Assembly: GCF_035084215.1 (NCBI RefSeq)
Contig: NC_090336.1
Coordinates: 29,078,001-29,142,000, forward strand
Length of the DNA stretch: 64,000 nt
Reading direction: 5' to 3'
DNA from: Heptranchias perlo
Taxonomy: Eukaryota
Part shown: one piece after another, positions 13,914 to 28,169 of the stretch
Layout: each line of letters opens with the position of its first letter
How positions within the stretch are numbered: position 1 is the stretch's first letter
Made by a program: the position numbers and the translations under genes
Notes under the pieces: generated by a model
Databases searched by the model: none
What the model was told of the DNA's origin: nothing
The model's input: the letters and a program-made list of their open reading frames with translations, nothing else

Positions 13914-14100
13914 GGTGCGTGCGCGCACCCACTGATTCCTGGCGGCGGTGCGTGCGTGCGCGCACCCACTGATTCCTGGCGGCGGTGCGTGCGTGCGTGC
14001 GCGCACCCACTGATTCCTGGCGGCGGTGCGTGCGCGCACCCACTGATTCCTGGCGGCCGTGCGTGCGTGCGCGCACCCCCTGATTCCAGGTGGCGGCGGT
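13914..14100. repeat. GC-rich minisatellite, about 33-39 bp unit ggcggcg(gtgc)n gcgcacccactgattcct; one further unit at about 13580-13617
   Basis: Five units visible directly; the array is split by a Penelope terminal fragment. Confidence 0.9.
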
Positions 14101-14540
14101 GGTGATCGCTCTGTCCGCTGGTGCCATCACTCGGCGGGTTACCAACGGGAGCGGGTCAGCATCCCGCTGGGCAGGCCTCCTGGTCGATGTGTAGCCTTCG
14201 ACCAACACCACCTAAAACAGGTTAAACCCCAGCTAGGCTGTGCAACACATCAAGCGTGTTTCCATAAGGGAGGGTGCAGCTCACTAAAATTTTTTATAAG
14301 GATGAAACAACTGAATTTAAACGCATTACAAATAATCACAACACCTCAACCAAATAACATAGGCAGTAAAGGCGGGAAAATGATGGAAATACTCAGCAAG
14401 TCAGGCAGTGTCTGTGGAAAGAGAAACAGGAGCTAACATAGGAAGTAGGCCATTCAGCCTGTTCTGCCATCCTATGAGATCCTCTGTACCTCAATTCATA
14501 TCAGTACGGTACTGTTCATCCATCTTACAAAGTGAAAGTC

Positions 14541-14635
14541 AAACATTTGCCTGAGGAAGGAGAAAATCTCCGAAAGCTTGTGAATTTAAAATAAAATTGC
14601 TGGACTATAACTTGGTGTTGTAAAATTGTTTACAA
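14541..14635 (+). mobile_element. Penelope pLTR fragment, inverted copy of 13656-13750
   Basis: Reverse complement of 13656-13750 over 95 bp, with no mismatch seen. Confidence 0.88.
14546..14584 (+). ncRNA. Minimal hammerhead motif (pLTR, inverted copy)
   Basis: tttgc-ctgagga-aggagaaaatctcc-gaaa-gctt-gtgaa. Confidence 0.62.
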
Positions 14636-14924
14636 AAGTGGAAGGTGATTTATCCTCGACAGAGCAAGGGTTACCTCTGTTAACGTAAAGGAGTTGGTGC
14701 TGTTACTGTAAGAGCAAATGAAAGCTTCCACCAGCTGACGGCAAGGCAAAGCATCAGCTTGCTCAAGGGGCAGGCTTGAGTCAGGGGCCCTTTGAGTCGG
14801 AAGGGCTGAAGCCCATCATCTTGGTTGCCGCTTCAGTACTGTGCTGAAGGAGTGTGGCATCGTCAGAGGTGCCGCTTTTTGGATGATGTGTTAAACTCAG
14901 GCCCTGTCTGCCCGTGTGGATGTA

Positions 14925-15660
14925 AACATAGGAACAGCAGTATGCCATTTAGTCCCTTGAACCTGTTCTGCCATTCATGGCTGATCTGTATCCTAACTTG
15001 ATTTACCCGCCATGATTCCATATCCCTTAATACCCTTGGCTAACAAAAAAGATCAATTGGTCTCAGATTTAAAATTATTAAATGAACTAGCATCTACTGC
15101 TTTTTGTGGGAGAGAGTTCCACACTTCTGCCACCCTTTGCGTGAAGAAGTGTTTCCTTACTTTTGTCCCGAATGGCCTGGCTCTGATTTGAAGGTTATGT
15201 CTCCTTGTCCTAGACTCCCCCCACCGGTGGAAAAAGTTTTTCTTTACCCTATCAATTCCTTTCAAAATCTTAAAAACCTCAATCAAATCACCCCATAACC
15301 TATATTCCAGGAATACAATCCTAGTTTATGTAATCGCTCCTTATAATTTAACCCTTGAAGCCCTGGTAACACTGGTGAATCTGTGCTGCACTCCTTCTAA
15401 GCCCTATATATCCTTTCTAAGGTGTAGTACCCAGAACTGTACACAGTGCTCCAGCTGTGGACTAACCAGGGTTTTGTATAGCTGTAGCAAAACCTCCTCC
15501 CCATTATATTCTAGCCCTGTAGATATAAAGACTAGCAATACTTTAGCCTTTTTGATTATTTTTTGTATCTGACCACTGCATTTTAGTGATCTGTGTACAA
15601 GGACCTCTAAATCTCTTTGGACCGCCACTGTTCCTAGCTTTTCACCATTCAAAAAATACT
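14925..15660 (-). mobile_element. CR1 3' fragment
   Basis: LYKTLVSPQLEHCVQFW and FFTQRVAEVWNSLP. Confidence 0.88.
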
Positions 15661-17579
15661 TGGTAAAAGATCCCATGGCACTACTTAGAGACCAAGGAAA
15701 TTCATCAGGTGTCTTGGCCAACATTTATCCCTTAGCTAATACCACCAAAACAGTATAACTAGTCATTTATCTCATTGCTGTTTGTGGGATATTGCTATAC
15801 AAATTGGCTTGATTACTTTCACAACAACAGTGATTATACTTCAAAAGTAATTTGTTGGCTCACAAGTGTTTTAGTATGTCCTGAGGATGTGAAAGCCACT
15901 TTATGAATGCAGTTCTTTCTTTTTAAATGGTTCTTTTTAAATGGTTAAAGTGCCTGTGGCACTTTCCCTTTAGTCCGCCATACTGGGGCAGCCTATGGGC
16001 AGATAGTTTTCTCAACCCCCTCCTCTCAAAATGCACTTGCCATTTTAGGCAAACATAGACCTCATCCAGACATCAGAAAAGGTCATGTACACATGTGTGC
16101 ATTTGGCCCATTGTTGCCAAATCTGCTCTGCAATCAGATGATTTGGTATCGAGGGAAGCAGGTTCATTTATGGCACTGCTTCCAATATAAGTGGGTATTA
16201 AAATCAAGTGATGACTCCTCATACAATACAAGTTAACTTAAATCACTATAGTGCTTTACTTTTCCAATTATATTGCAACTGCAAATTAGAATCAAGATGA
16301 GAGAAAAAAACAGAAAAGAGTTGTAACTGAAACGACAACCAGTCTTTTTTCTTCGCAGATGCTGATTTATCTCTGCTTTTGTTCCATATTTCAAATATTT
16401 GCAGTTTTTAAATCTCCTTTTATCAAGATGAAATAGATTTAATTTATGTATCTCTTAAAAGTGTAACCATTCCACAAGAACAATAGTGGAAGAAACTTCC
16501 ATTGAGGACTTAGCTGGTACTGCTATGCAAATGAAGGAAGCTTGTACTTTATGCAGAACAAAAGGAACCAGATGGTGTACTTTGCACCGTTCTTCACTAC
16601 AGGGGATCTTTAATACAGATGCATAATACTTTTGCACCATTTGTATGAGAACTTCATTGCACAGTAATGTGCAAATGATCTCTCACATGTAATTTTTCAT
16701 TGCTAATGCTCTGATTCATGCAGTGTGTTCATCCTGTCTATATAACATGGGTGTTAAAGCCAGTCATGTTCTGTCCTTTTAGGAAGTAGTTTCTTTGAAT
16801 TTTGACTGTGGCAACAAAAATTGTCAAAATAGCATTTGCTGCTTCTCCATCCCCAAATATTTGGAAGGCTGAACTGGAGAATGAACAAAGAGAGATTCAC
16901 CTGTACAGGAGGCTATCTGCCTGCAACTGTTATTATGCACTGTACGCCATAACATTTCCCACCTAAGCCCACCGCTGCTGAAACCCTCATTCATGCCATT
17001 GTCACCTCCAGACTTGACTACTCCAATACTCTCCTGACCAGCCTCTCATCTCCACCCTACATTAATTTCAACTCATCCAAAATTCTGCTGCCCCTATCTT
17101 ATCTCACACCAACTCCTGCTCACCCATCACTCCTCTCTTTGCTGACATACAATGGCTCTCAGTCCTCATGTTTAAATCCCTCCATTGCCTCTTCCCACCA
17201 TATCTCTGTAACCTCCTATTGCTCTACATTCCCTCCAAACTCTCCTATTCTCTAACTTTGGCCTCTTGTGCATCCCCCTCCCTTTATTCCACCACTGGCC
17301 ATGCCTTCAGCCACCTAGACCCTACACAATGGAATTCCCTCCCTAAACCCTTAATTTTCTTGTAGCTATTAATTAAACTCAAAGCTGTGGGATTCAGGGT
17401 AAACCCCGAGAATGAATAAGAGTAGAAAACAATCAATACTCATTAACAGAGTTATATCAGAGTTGGGGAATGCACTGACTGGGGTGGATCAGGGCTCAGG
17501 GTTGGGACAACTATTGTTTCTAATTTACATACATGACCTGGACTCAAACTCAATGCTAAGTGGTCAAATTTGCAGATGC

Positions 17580-18230
17580 TACAACAGCAACTTGCATTTA
17601 TATAGCGCCTTTAATGTAGTAAAAATGTCCCAAGGCGTTTCACAGTAGCGTTATCAAACAAAATTTGACACCGAGCCACATAAGGAGATACTAGGACAAG
17701 TGACCAAAAGCTTGTTCAAAGAGGTAGGTTTTAAGGAGTGTCTTAAAGGAGGAGGAGAGAGGGCTAGAGAGATTTAGGGACGGAACTCTAGAGGTTAGGG
17801 CCTAGGCAGCTGAAGGCACAGCCGCCAATGTTAGATCTATCAAAATCCGGGATTGCACAAGAGGCCAGAATTGGTGGGGCGCCGAGATCTTGGAGGGCTG
17901 TGGGGCTGGAGGAGGTCACATAGATAGGGAGGGGTGAGGTCAGGGAACGATTTGAAAACAAGAATGCGAATTTTAAAATCAAGGTGCTGCTGGACTGGGA
18001 GCCATTGTAGGTCAGTGAGCACGGGGTGATGGGTGAACAGGACATGGTGCAAGTTAGGATACAGCAGCAGAATTTTGGATGAGCTCAAGTTTACAGAGGG
18101 TGCAAGGTGGGAGGCCGGCTGGGAGAGCATTGGAATAGTCGAGTCTGGAGGTAACAAAGGCATGGATGAGGGTTTCGGCAGCAGATGAGCTGAGACATGG
18201 GCAGAGATGTTACAGAGGTGGAAGTAGGCT
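17580..18230 (-). mobile_element. L2-type LINE 3' fragment (relatives at 16960-17350 +, 24490-25070 -, 53900-56000 -, 61570-62120 -)
   Basis: HITPVL..LQWLPV..DFKI-type frames and a shared caacttgcatttatatagcgccttt end. Confidence 0.75.
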
Positions 18231-18249
18231 GTCTACTTCCAAACAGATA

Positions 18250-20089
18250 CCAAACTAGAAGGGGCAATGGAATTGAAGGAGGCAGCTCAGAAATTACAGA
18301 AGTTGGACAAGATGTACAAGTGGGCAGAATAATTGGGGATGAAATTTATTGCAGAAAAAGTGTAGAGTGCTACATATAGGAAGGAAAAATAGACGACATG
18401 CATACTTCATAAATAGTGTTGAAATAGGTAAGGATGAAGGTACGAGAGATTTAGGAGTCTTGGTAGACTCAATGCTAAACATGCCCAACCAATGCAAAGC
18501 AGCTATAAACAAAGCCAATAGGATGTTGAACTATATTGCCGAAACAGCAGAATATAAAACAGGTGGTAGTGATCAAATTGTCCAGTCAGACTACAACTTG
18601 ATTACTACATCCGGTTCTGGTCGCCAATATACAAGCGAGACATTCAAGTGATGCGGTTGATGTGGTCTATATGGCCTTCCACAAGGCGTTTGATAAAGTG
18701 CCACATAATAGGCTTGTCAGCAAAGTTGAAGACCATGGAATAAAAGGGGCAGCGGCAGCAGGATATGAAATTAGCTAAGTGACAGGAAACACTGTCACTG
18801 GTGGTGAACGGTTGTTTTTCAGATTGGAGGAAGGTATATAGTGGTGTTCCCCAGGGGTCAGTACTAGGTCCGCTGCTTTTCTTGATACATATTAATGACT
18901 TGGACTTGGGTGTACAGGGCACAATTTCAAAATGTGCAGATGACACAAAATCTGGAAGGGTAGTGAACAGTGAGGAGGATAGTGATAGACTTCAAGAGGA
19001 CATAGACAGGCTGGTGAAATGGGCGGACACGTGGCAGATAAAATTTAACGCAGAGATGTGTGAAGTTTGACATTTTGATAGGAAGAACGAGGAGAGGCAA
19101 TATAAATTAAAGGGTACAATTCTAAAGGGGGTGCAGGAACAGAGAGACCTGGGGGTATATGTGCACAGGCCGTTGAAGGTGGCAGGGCAGGTTGAGAAAG
19201 CGGTTAAAAAAGCATACGGGATCCTGGGCTTTATAAATAGAGGCATAGAGTACAAAAGCAAGGAGGTCATGAAGAACCTTTATAAAACAGTGGTTGGGTC
19301 ACAGCTGGAGTATTGTGTCCAATTCTGGGGACCGCACTTTAGGAAAGATGTGAAGGCCTTGGAGAGGGTGCAAAACAGATTTACTGCAATGGTTCCAGGG
19401 ATGAGGGACTTCAGTTACGTGGATAGACTAGAGAAGCTGAGGTTGTTCTCCTTAGAGCAGAGAAGGTTGAGAGGAGATTTGATAGAGGTGTTTAAAGTCA
19501 TGAGGAGTCTAGCCAGAGTAGATAGAGAGAAATTGTTCCCATTGGTGGAAAGGTCGAGAACCAGAGGACACAGATTTAAGGTGATTGGCAAAAGAACCAA
19601 AGGCGACATGAGGAAAAACTTTACACAGTGAGTGGTTATGATCTGGAATGCACTGCCCGAGGGGGCAGTGGAGGCAGATTCAATCGTGGCTTTCAAAAGG
19701 GAATTGGATAAGTACTTGAAAGAAAAAAATTTGCAGTGCTACAGGAAAAGGGCGGGGGAGTGGGACTAGCTGGATTGCTCTTGCAGAGAGCTGGCACGGA
19801 CTCGACGGGCCGAATGGCCTCCTTCTGTGCTGTAACCCATTCTATGATTCTAAGTGCTAGAGGCAATGCAAAGATTCCTAGTGTTAGAGTCTGAGTTATG
19901 AGAAAAGACTGGAGAAACTTGGGCTTTTCAGCCTAGAAAGGAGTTGTCTGAGAAGTGATCATATAAAGGTATACAAGATTGTTAGGGGTATAGATAAAGC
20001 AAACCCAGAATATTACTTCAAATTAAACAATGGGAATAGAACAAGGGATACAGGTTCAAACTAGTAAAAGGTAATTTTAGGACTGATAT
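18250..20089 (+). mobile_element. Nested CR1 fragments (younger copy about 18648-19851 inside an older one)
   Basis: [18 protein letters not shown] and LEYCVQFW; attctatgattcta tail near 19850. Confidence 0.88.
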
Positions 20090-20725
20090 TGACAAACTGG
20101 ATTCTTTTACCCCTCAGTCTGGTTCAGCAAACACTGAGTCGAATACACCTTTAAAGTTCAACACAATTTTATTAGCTGCAGCGGACTTATTCTGGAGCAT
20201 CGAGTTCAACTCTTCAAAGAGTCTTGTCGATCCTCAGAGCAAGCCAAAGTTACATACAAGAGTTCGTACAGTTATACCTTTACAGAGAAGGGAGGGACAT
20301 GATTAACAAGGGGTTAAAACCAATCATAAGCAGAGCCTGGGCATACCATGCTAAGTGACAGAATGGCTGACCACTCACAGGTGGTACATGTACGTGCGTA
20401 CGCCGAGGTTTAGACAAGGATGAGAGAGGCAGCCGTATCTCAGCTTGGTATGTTTTTTGGCCTTGTCTAGCATAGAGTGACTATTCATTATACAGCTGCA
20501 TAAAGACCCTTACCAGACTCCCACAAACTTATCAGGGTCTCCTATACTTTATCAGGGTTCCTCCCTTGGTGAGCATAAACAACTAATCATACAGACAGGT
20601 GGCCTGAAGAAAGGCCCATTGTTAATTCTATTAAAAAGCAGCTTCTAATTAACCCTTTGCTTAACTGCACTATGACTGTGCTATGGAGGGTATTCTACTG
20701 AAAGCTAACCACGTAGGCATTCTCA
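20090..20725 (-). mobile_element. Probable solo LTR inserted in a CR1 fragment
   Basis: TG...CA ends with a 4 bp ATAT duplication; removing it restores the CR1-like aggactgatatcagga; AATAAA on the minus strand near 20170. Confidence 0.65.
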
Positions 20726-21549
20726 ATATCAGGACATTCTTCCCACAATGCATGAACAACATGTGGAATACATTTTCTTATAGATTAATGGAGGCAAAAT
20801 CCCTTGAAGCATTTAAGAAGCAATTGGATGCTACAATGGATGATAAATAAAAATGGTCTTCCTCACCTGCAATTATCTTGTGAACATGCGGATTATTTGT
20901 ACCTTGAAACAAAATTTCAGATACTTTGATAAGTCAGGAAGGTACTGTGGTGTCTTTAAGGCCACTATGTCTGTTACACGCTCTGCATTTTCACTGTCCA
21001 GAGACTGAACTGTGGAGGATGAGGCCCATCTGTAGGCAACACCAAATGATGACATGAATAATACCCATAGGACCGAAGAAGGCAGAAATGGCTTTACAGC
21101 CTTGAAAGGTAGAATACCAGGCTGCTATTGAAGAGATGTTCACCGAGGTGACTGGCTCACTTCACAAACAGACCTGCCCATATGTGCACTACAAGTGGCC
21201 TAATGCACCATCCTCATCATTGTCCTCTGCACAACCTAATTACCAAGAATGCACATCCTGCTATCTGGTGCTACCTTATTCTGCACTAGCAAGGAGAAAC
21301 TCTCAGGAGATGGTTGAAATCAAGTGCAATCAATTAATTTTCCTAAAAGTGATCAGGGATGTATACTCAAGCATTTTTCACTCTGTTGCTTTCCCTTGGT
21401 AACAGTGTGTGTTTTATAGAACCAATTCTAGTTCTCCTTTTAGATGTTTCCCCAGTGAATATCAATGAAGTTCTGCTTCAGAGCACTCAGATGCAGACTT
21501 TGATGGGCCAGGCTACCGAAGAAGGTTCATGGACATGCACCAGTTAATG

Positions 21550-22420
21550 CTTGAAACAATGCTGTGGAGCTTGGAGAAGTCCAGCTCCAACAAGGCTCAA
21601 AATGTTGTGCAGAGCATGATGACCGTTCTGTCCAAAATGGACTGAGTGGTCAGCTCCATCAGCAATGCATGGAACCAACCATGATGTAGCACTACATGAC
21701 AAATCTGACAGCTTCCATCGCAGCACAAATTGATGCCGTGGAATCTCAGACGGCTGCCATCTTGGCTTTGGGGACCACTGTTGAAAGGGGCTTCCAAGGC
21801 ATCACATAACTCCAGCACTCTGTTCTCCAGCATAGCCCTAGGAGAACTTAGGCATTGCACCAGTAGAGCGACCTTGTCTCCATGGGAGAGGCACTTGCTG
21901 CCCTCTTTCAGGATGACAGCATGCTTGCTCCCCTGCCAGCCACTCCGCCAGTGCCCTTGCTGGTACCACTCAGCCAGCCCGCCCAGACTGCTGCAGCCCA
22001 CACAGAGATGCTGCAGTCTGCAGCCGGGCCCTCTAGGCTCAGAGCTGCTCGAGGTCATCCTCCAAGGCCATCTGAAGTATCCTGAATGGAAACGTAGCAG
22101 CCTTCCACCTCCCAAGCCGTAACCAATGAGGAATCACCATATAAGAGCACTAAGGGAAGGAAAGGAACACACTAGACAGGCACTAAAGGCAAGCACTGGG
22201 TGAATAGTCTTTTTTTGTAAATGATAACATGGTTTGTTTGATAAATTTGTTTTTGCATTTGGATTTGGTGTTAGTATTTGTCTTTGTAGTGAAGTGAGGG
22301 CAAGACCAATAAGTGAAGGTAACCTGATGGTGGTTGTAAGACGAGAGGTAAGGATTGTGAGACTATTGGTGTATGGCATATGGTAGGGCTGACTTAGTTG
22401 AAGCGCACCTCAATGAGCTT
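21550..22420 (+). mobile_element. Degenerate Harbinger-like remnant
   Basis: Frame ..QSAAGPSRLRAARGHPPRPS resembles the 37.3 kb segment (QPTAGPSQ); inferred. Confidence 0.4.
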
Positions 22421-22537
22421 GTCTCACATACAAGTTATAAAAAAGTAGGCCATTCGGCCCATCATGTCCGCTCCACCCTATAGTCATTCAAGGCAGCTTT
22501 TCATTTCTTTACCCCAATTCCCCTCCCTTCTCCTTAT

Positions 22538-23050
22538 ATCATAGAGTCATAGAGTTATACAGCACGGATAAAGGCCCTTCGGCCCATCGTGTCCGCGCCG
22601 GCCATCAAGCCCAGTCTTATCTAATCCCATATTCCAGCATTTGGTCCGTAGCCTTGTATGCTATGGCATTTCAAGTGCTCATCCAAATGCTTCTTGAATG
22701 TTGTGAGGGTTCCTGCCTCCACAACCCTCTCAGGCAGTGAGTTCCAGACTCCAACCACCCTCTGGGTGAAAAAGTTCTTTCTCAAATCCCCTCTAAACCT
22801 CCCGCCTTTTACCTTGAATCTATGCCCCCTTGTTATAGAACCCTCAACGAAGGGAAAAAGCTCCTTAGTATCCATCCTATCTATGCCCCTCATAATTTTG
22901 TACACCTCAATCATGTCCCCCCTCAGCCTCCTCTGCTCCAAGGAAAACAAACCCAATCTTCCCAGTCTCTCTTCATAGCTGAAGCGCTCCAGCCCTGGTA
23001 ACATCCTGGTGAATCTCCTCTGCACCCTCTCCAAAGCGATCACATCCTTC
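22538..23050 (-). mobile_element. CR1 3' fragment
   Basis: LERVQRRFTRMLPG..FFTQRVVGVWNSLP; tcatagagtcataga tail. Confidence 0.9.
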
Positions 23051-26000
23051 CCAAGTAAGTATTAATCTCCTCTTTAAATATTTTAATTGATTCTGTATCC
23101 ATGGTCTTCTTGGGCAGTACATTCCACTTTCTCAGAACCCCAGAGAACATTTTTTTCTGAATTCGCCTTCAATTGGTTTAGTTCAAATTTTAAGATTGTG
23201 TACCTTTATTCTGGATTTCTTAACAGGAAAGAGTCATTCTCCACCTACTGTGTCAATTCCGCTCAGTATCTTAAATACCTCAAACTTTTTAACCTCTTCC
23301 TCTGGGAATATAAACCAAACTACCCAGTTTTAGATCACTTTGCTTAAGATATCATTCTGGTGAATCATCATTGGACTTGAACAAGACCAGTATACCCTTC
23401 AAAAGCTGGAGCATGCAAAATTGAACACAATACTCCAACTAAGGCTTGATCAGCATTTTATAACGAGTTATTTTTCTTTGCTTTTACATTCTATACCTTG
23501 TGACAAAGCCCAGCATCCTATTTGGTTTTTTGATCACCTTTACATCTATGTGGGACAATTTTTGTGTCCCTACTGCCCTGTTTGCACTTAAAAATGGAGT
23601 TGTAACAGGCTCAAAATAGTGCACATAGGTGAAACGCTGACTTATTACCAAGGTCCTGAATGTTCCGTTTTTCGGGTAGTCCTCGATCCTGGCAGCCAAA
23701 GCTGCCAATGGAAACAAGCAGGACCCTCATGAATCTATGTTAATCTAGAGCAAGTAAAATAGTTATGACCTCCAACATCATTTTTGTCTCTATCCACTGG
23801 ATTACTGCCAGTTCCTGTCCAATAAATATGGGCGATAGAAGTTGGAAGAAGGCTAATTTGAGCATCTACTAAAGGGTTCCTTAGCTGCAGTCAAAACTAT
23901 CTGGAAGCAGTTTATGGATTTTGAGCCTTAAAAGGTTTCCATATTTAATCTCCTTGCTGCTGTAAGTGCTGCAAAAATTTTGCCTGTTGCTCAAAACTGG
24001 CACTTCCAATTTCCATTCCCAATGCTTCCACTCCTCCTATTTAAGGTGCTGCTGCAGGCTGCTTCACTGGAATTCCCACCCCCTGGGAGTGTATTTTGTG
24101 CTGGCATCTCAGCGAATTAATGTAAATGAGGCCCATTGACAAAAATGGCACAGGCCCCAAGCCAACACCTTCAGGCAGGCACAACATATTGCCTGCCTAC
24201 TTGATTTATGCTAGAATTGAAAATAGTCCCATGATCTACATCTTATTGGGGTATGTAACTAAACTTCTAAATCCCTTTATTCATCTACCCCAATGGTTTA
24301 TATTGTAGTCCCATCTACTATTCTGAAGTCTAAAGTGTGCTACCTCACCCTTTGTGCGTAAAGCTGCTGCATCTGCTGTTGTTTCATTCACTAAATGTGT
24401 CCTTTTCCAATTTCTGTTCTCTACAATTCAGTAGACCTCCTAGCTTATTCATTTGCAAGCACAGATATATTCCCCTTGATTCTCAAATCCAACAACAACT
24501 TGCATTTATATAGCGCCTTTAATGTAGTAAAAAACGACCCAAGGCGCTTCACAAGAGCATTATCAGACAAAATTTGACATTGAGCCACATGAAAAGGTAT
24601 TAGTACAGGTGACCAAAAGCTTGGTCAAAGAGGTAGATTTTAAGGAGCGACTTAAAGGAGTGGAAAGAGGTGGGGAGGTTTAGGGAGGGAATTCCAGGAC
24701 TTAGGACCTGGGCAGCTGAAGGTATGGCCACCAATGGTAGAGCGATGAAAATCGGGGCACAGAGATCTTGGAGGGCTGGAGGAGGTTAGAGCTAGGGAAG
24801 GATGAGGCCATGGAGCAATTTGAACACAAGGTTGAGAATTTTAAAATCGAGGCGTTGCCGGACCCGGAGCCAATGTAGGTAAACGAGCACAGGGGTGATG
24901 GGTGAACAGGACATGGTGCAAGTTAGGTTATGGGAAGCAGTTTTGGATGAGCTCAAGTTTACGGAGGGTTGAAGGTGGGAAGCCGGCCAGAAGAGCATTG
25001 GAATAGTCAAGTCTGGAGGTAACAAAGGCATGGATGAAGGATTCATCAGATGAGCTGAGGCAGTGGCAGAGATGGGAGAGTGGGAGTTAAGGGCCCGGCC
25101 ATAGGGACTCCACCTGTCAGTCCCTGCTAATACAAGCATGTCTCTTTAATCCAAGCTCTCTAACTCCTGATCAGTTTCTGATCATGCCATTAGGATGTCT
25201 GCAATTCAATGCAAAGCAGTATGAGCTAGTAATGTTTTGAGGGGAACTTTATGAAAGTCCACATATATGACATCCATTGATCCTTCTGTATCTACCATCT
25301 CAGTGATTCCATCAGAAGAACTGTATTAGGTTCATTAGACATGACCTATCTTTCACAAAAGCATGCGTGTCTCCCTAATCAACTTAAACGTTTCCAAGTG
25401 CTCATTTGCTCTAGCCCAGATAATGAATTCTAACAATTTTCCTGCCACTGATGGTAAATTCATTGGCCTATGTTTACTTAATTTCCTCCTACCTCCACAT
25501 TCCCTGGTTTGTAAATAATGGTGTAACATTCACTACCTTCAATCCTCCAGGACTGTCCCAGAATCCAGTGAACCGTGAAAGATTACAACTAATTCATACC
25601 CAATTTCCTCATGTACTTCTTATAATACCCTCAGGTACAAACTTTGAGCCTAGAGGTTTGTCTGGCTTCAATCCCATTACAGTTTTCCTGTTTATAACTC
25701 CTGTCATTTATTTTTCACCATCAATAATCTCTAATCATCCTTGTACCTCTAGTAACATATTTTCCTTTTTCACTGTAAAGGCCAAGCAAAATATTCATTT
25801 AGAAGTGGTTCATTAATTTTATCTTCTGCTGTCATACCAAAGTGATTTTTAAAATAGATCAAGATCACAGGTTCAATCCCTAGCCTGTGCTAATTTCAAA
25901 CAGAGCAGCAGCAGGGACTATAATTGGTCTCAGACATTTACTTAGGACAAAAAGATCAGGATACCTGCTCCAGATAGCTATCCGTCAAGCTATGATGGAA

Positions 26001-28169
26001 GTGCATATGTGGATGTCAGGTGACGACAGGATTGGACTTGGCTGCAATGCTGCTACTGTTGAACAGTTTGCTGAAGTTCACATTGAGGTTCATATGTGAA
26101 CAATGACCACTTGGATGAGTTAGCAGTGAGCAATAGTAGTCCACCTAAAAATCAATGCCTTCAGCAAAGAGGGGAAAAAAGTGGGAAACTTTTTTCTGTA
26201 AAGTTTAAGAGCATTTCCAATATCTGCATTTTCCATGCTACATATTGATTTTGCAGTGTGGTGACTTGCTCTCAGCATAAAACTGCAACTCTCAAGATGG
26301 ATAGTGTCTTGTTGTTGTTGATAATGGAACAGTTAGCTTAGAAGTGAGTGTATTTTCATTAAAAATACGACTAACTGCAGGATTATGAAAATGGAAGATT
26401 AACATTGACTATGATTTGATTGGCAGTATAAACAGCAAGAAACAGTTCTCTCTGTCTTAAGTTCAATATATTTCCAGATCTCACCAAACTGTAGTGATAG
26501 AACTCGGTCACAAAATGATCTTTGAAATCAAATCTAAATCATTAAAAGTCTTGCATCCAGCGTAGCTATTTTGTGTCATACCTTTCAAAGGTACGACACC
26601 CAAAAGTGCTACATTTCAAGGCGTCACACATTCATGGGGTAAAAATTAGTGATTAACAGGTAAGTCCTCATTTCAGTCAATCACCAATCAAATCAAATTA
26701 CTTAATTTATTATCCAAACTTATCAATCCCAACTGGCAAGTAACCAACCAAAAAATATCATGAAGTTAGCTTGAGTCATCAGCCATAATTTTTTACCCCA
26801 ATGGACAATTTACCAAAAAAAGTAACATGAAGATTGCTCATGTTCTATTCATAGACAAAATAGGCACAGAATCCAAACCATTATTGTAAATCCATGGAAA
26901 ATATCTTCTGAGAGAGGCCTTGTCCTGTGAGAGGACCCTGGGACTCATTTTGGAGTGCTAGGCTGCAGCTTCAATTATTGGGTTGGGATTTGTTGATTAT
27001 TTTCTCAGCAAATGCCAGGTTCTTCCCAACTGGCTCCAGTCTGTATCAATTACAACAAGCTCCTCCTCTCCATGTTAGCTCCACCCACCACCTTGCCCGA
27101 GTTCAGCTCGTCCTGACCGACCCACCTGACATCATACCAACGACCTCTGAACCATTCGCACCGAGTCCTTTTCCACCTGTAGTTTTCCTATCAGCTGTTG
27201 CAGAACTTGGCTTTCCTAATGTACTTGACAATTGTAACTGTGATTAGAGTCATCAAATACAGTTGGAAAGTCAAACTCTACATTTCATTATGAAAAAAGC
27301 ATGGATGAAGCAAGAATTGGTTAGAAATTATTCTAGTCAGGTCAAAGTGGGAAGACCAAACTCAAAGTCTCTCACCTGCAGAGTTGTTATTTGCCAAACT
27401 ATTCATTTGCCAACTTGAATGAGTGGGCAGATGGGAACCACTTACCTGTCTACCTGTTCTGAATGCTTCTTCACTGCCTTTGCCAGAGTGCGTTCCAGCC
27501 CTGCTGCTCACCCACGTACTCAGGCAACACTTGTGTACTCACCTGCCTGGCCTGTGAGCTTCCTAGCCCACACCAATTTGCCTAGAATATTTCCCATCCA
27601 TCCACCAGACACTGTGGTTTTCAGCATGCCTCACTGCCCCAAATGTTTCTTGACCCACCTACTCACTCATCTGTCCTGAGTGCCTACTGACCCGCCTACT
27701 TGCTCACCCTGCCCAAATGCTTCTCGGGCGGTCCAACCTGAGTGCATTGCATCTTGCCCACTTGCTTTTCTGCAGGGCATTTAGCCGAATGCTGCTGCTC
27801 ATTACCACCAACTCTGCCATACTTTGCGCTCTGTTCCCAAGTACTTGAAGCCCAGCCACATATCCTGTATTGCTTCCAGCCCCCATTTCACCCCCTCAGT
27901 ACTCCCACACACCAATCCAGTGACATCTACCAACTTAATTGTGCCCCTGCTCCCTATCCTGCCGAACCTCAGTGGTCCAACCCCTTCCATGATCAAGAAC
28001 TGAGATAGGCATTTAGAGATTTTTGACTGGAATGCACTAAGTCCTCCTAGAGTGTATTCCCTCCCCAGAGTGATTCCAGGCAATAGTACCCTTGCCCCAA
28101 CCCCCCATTGATCTCAGGCCTTACAGCTCAGCCCTCTCTTCAAATGCTGCCAAAGCTAACCCATCCCCA

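Larger units (their letters stand above)
13300..14200 (-). promoter_or_regulatory. CpG-rich promoter/first-exon region of gene B
   Basis: Sharp rise in CpG and GC around the leader exon; tandem GC boxes (ccgccc x4) at about 13336-13356; GCGTGCGCGC repeats upstream. Confidence 0.7.

Noticed and set aside
13914-14100. CRISPR-like repeat array
   Set aside because: Eukaryotic context and no unique spacers; it is a plain minisatellite.
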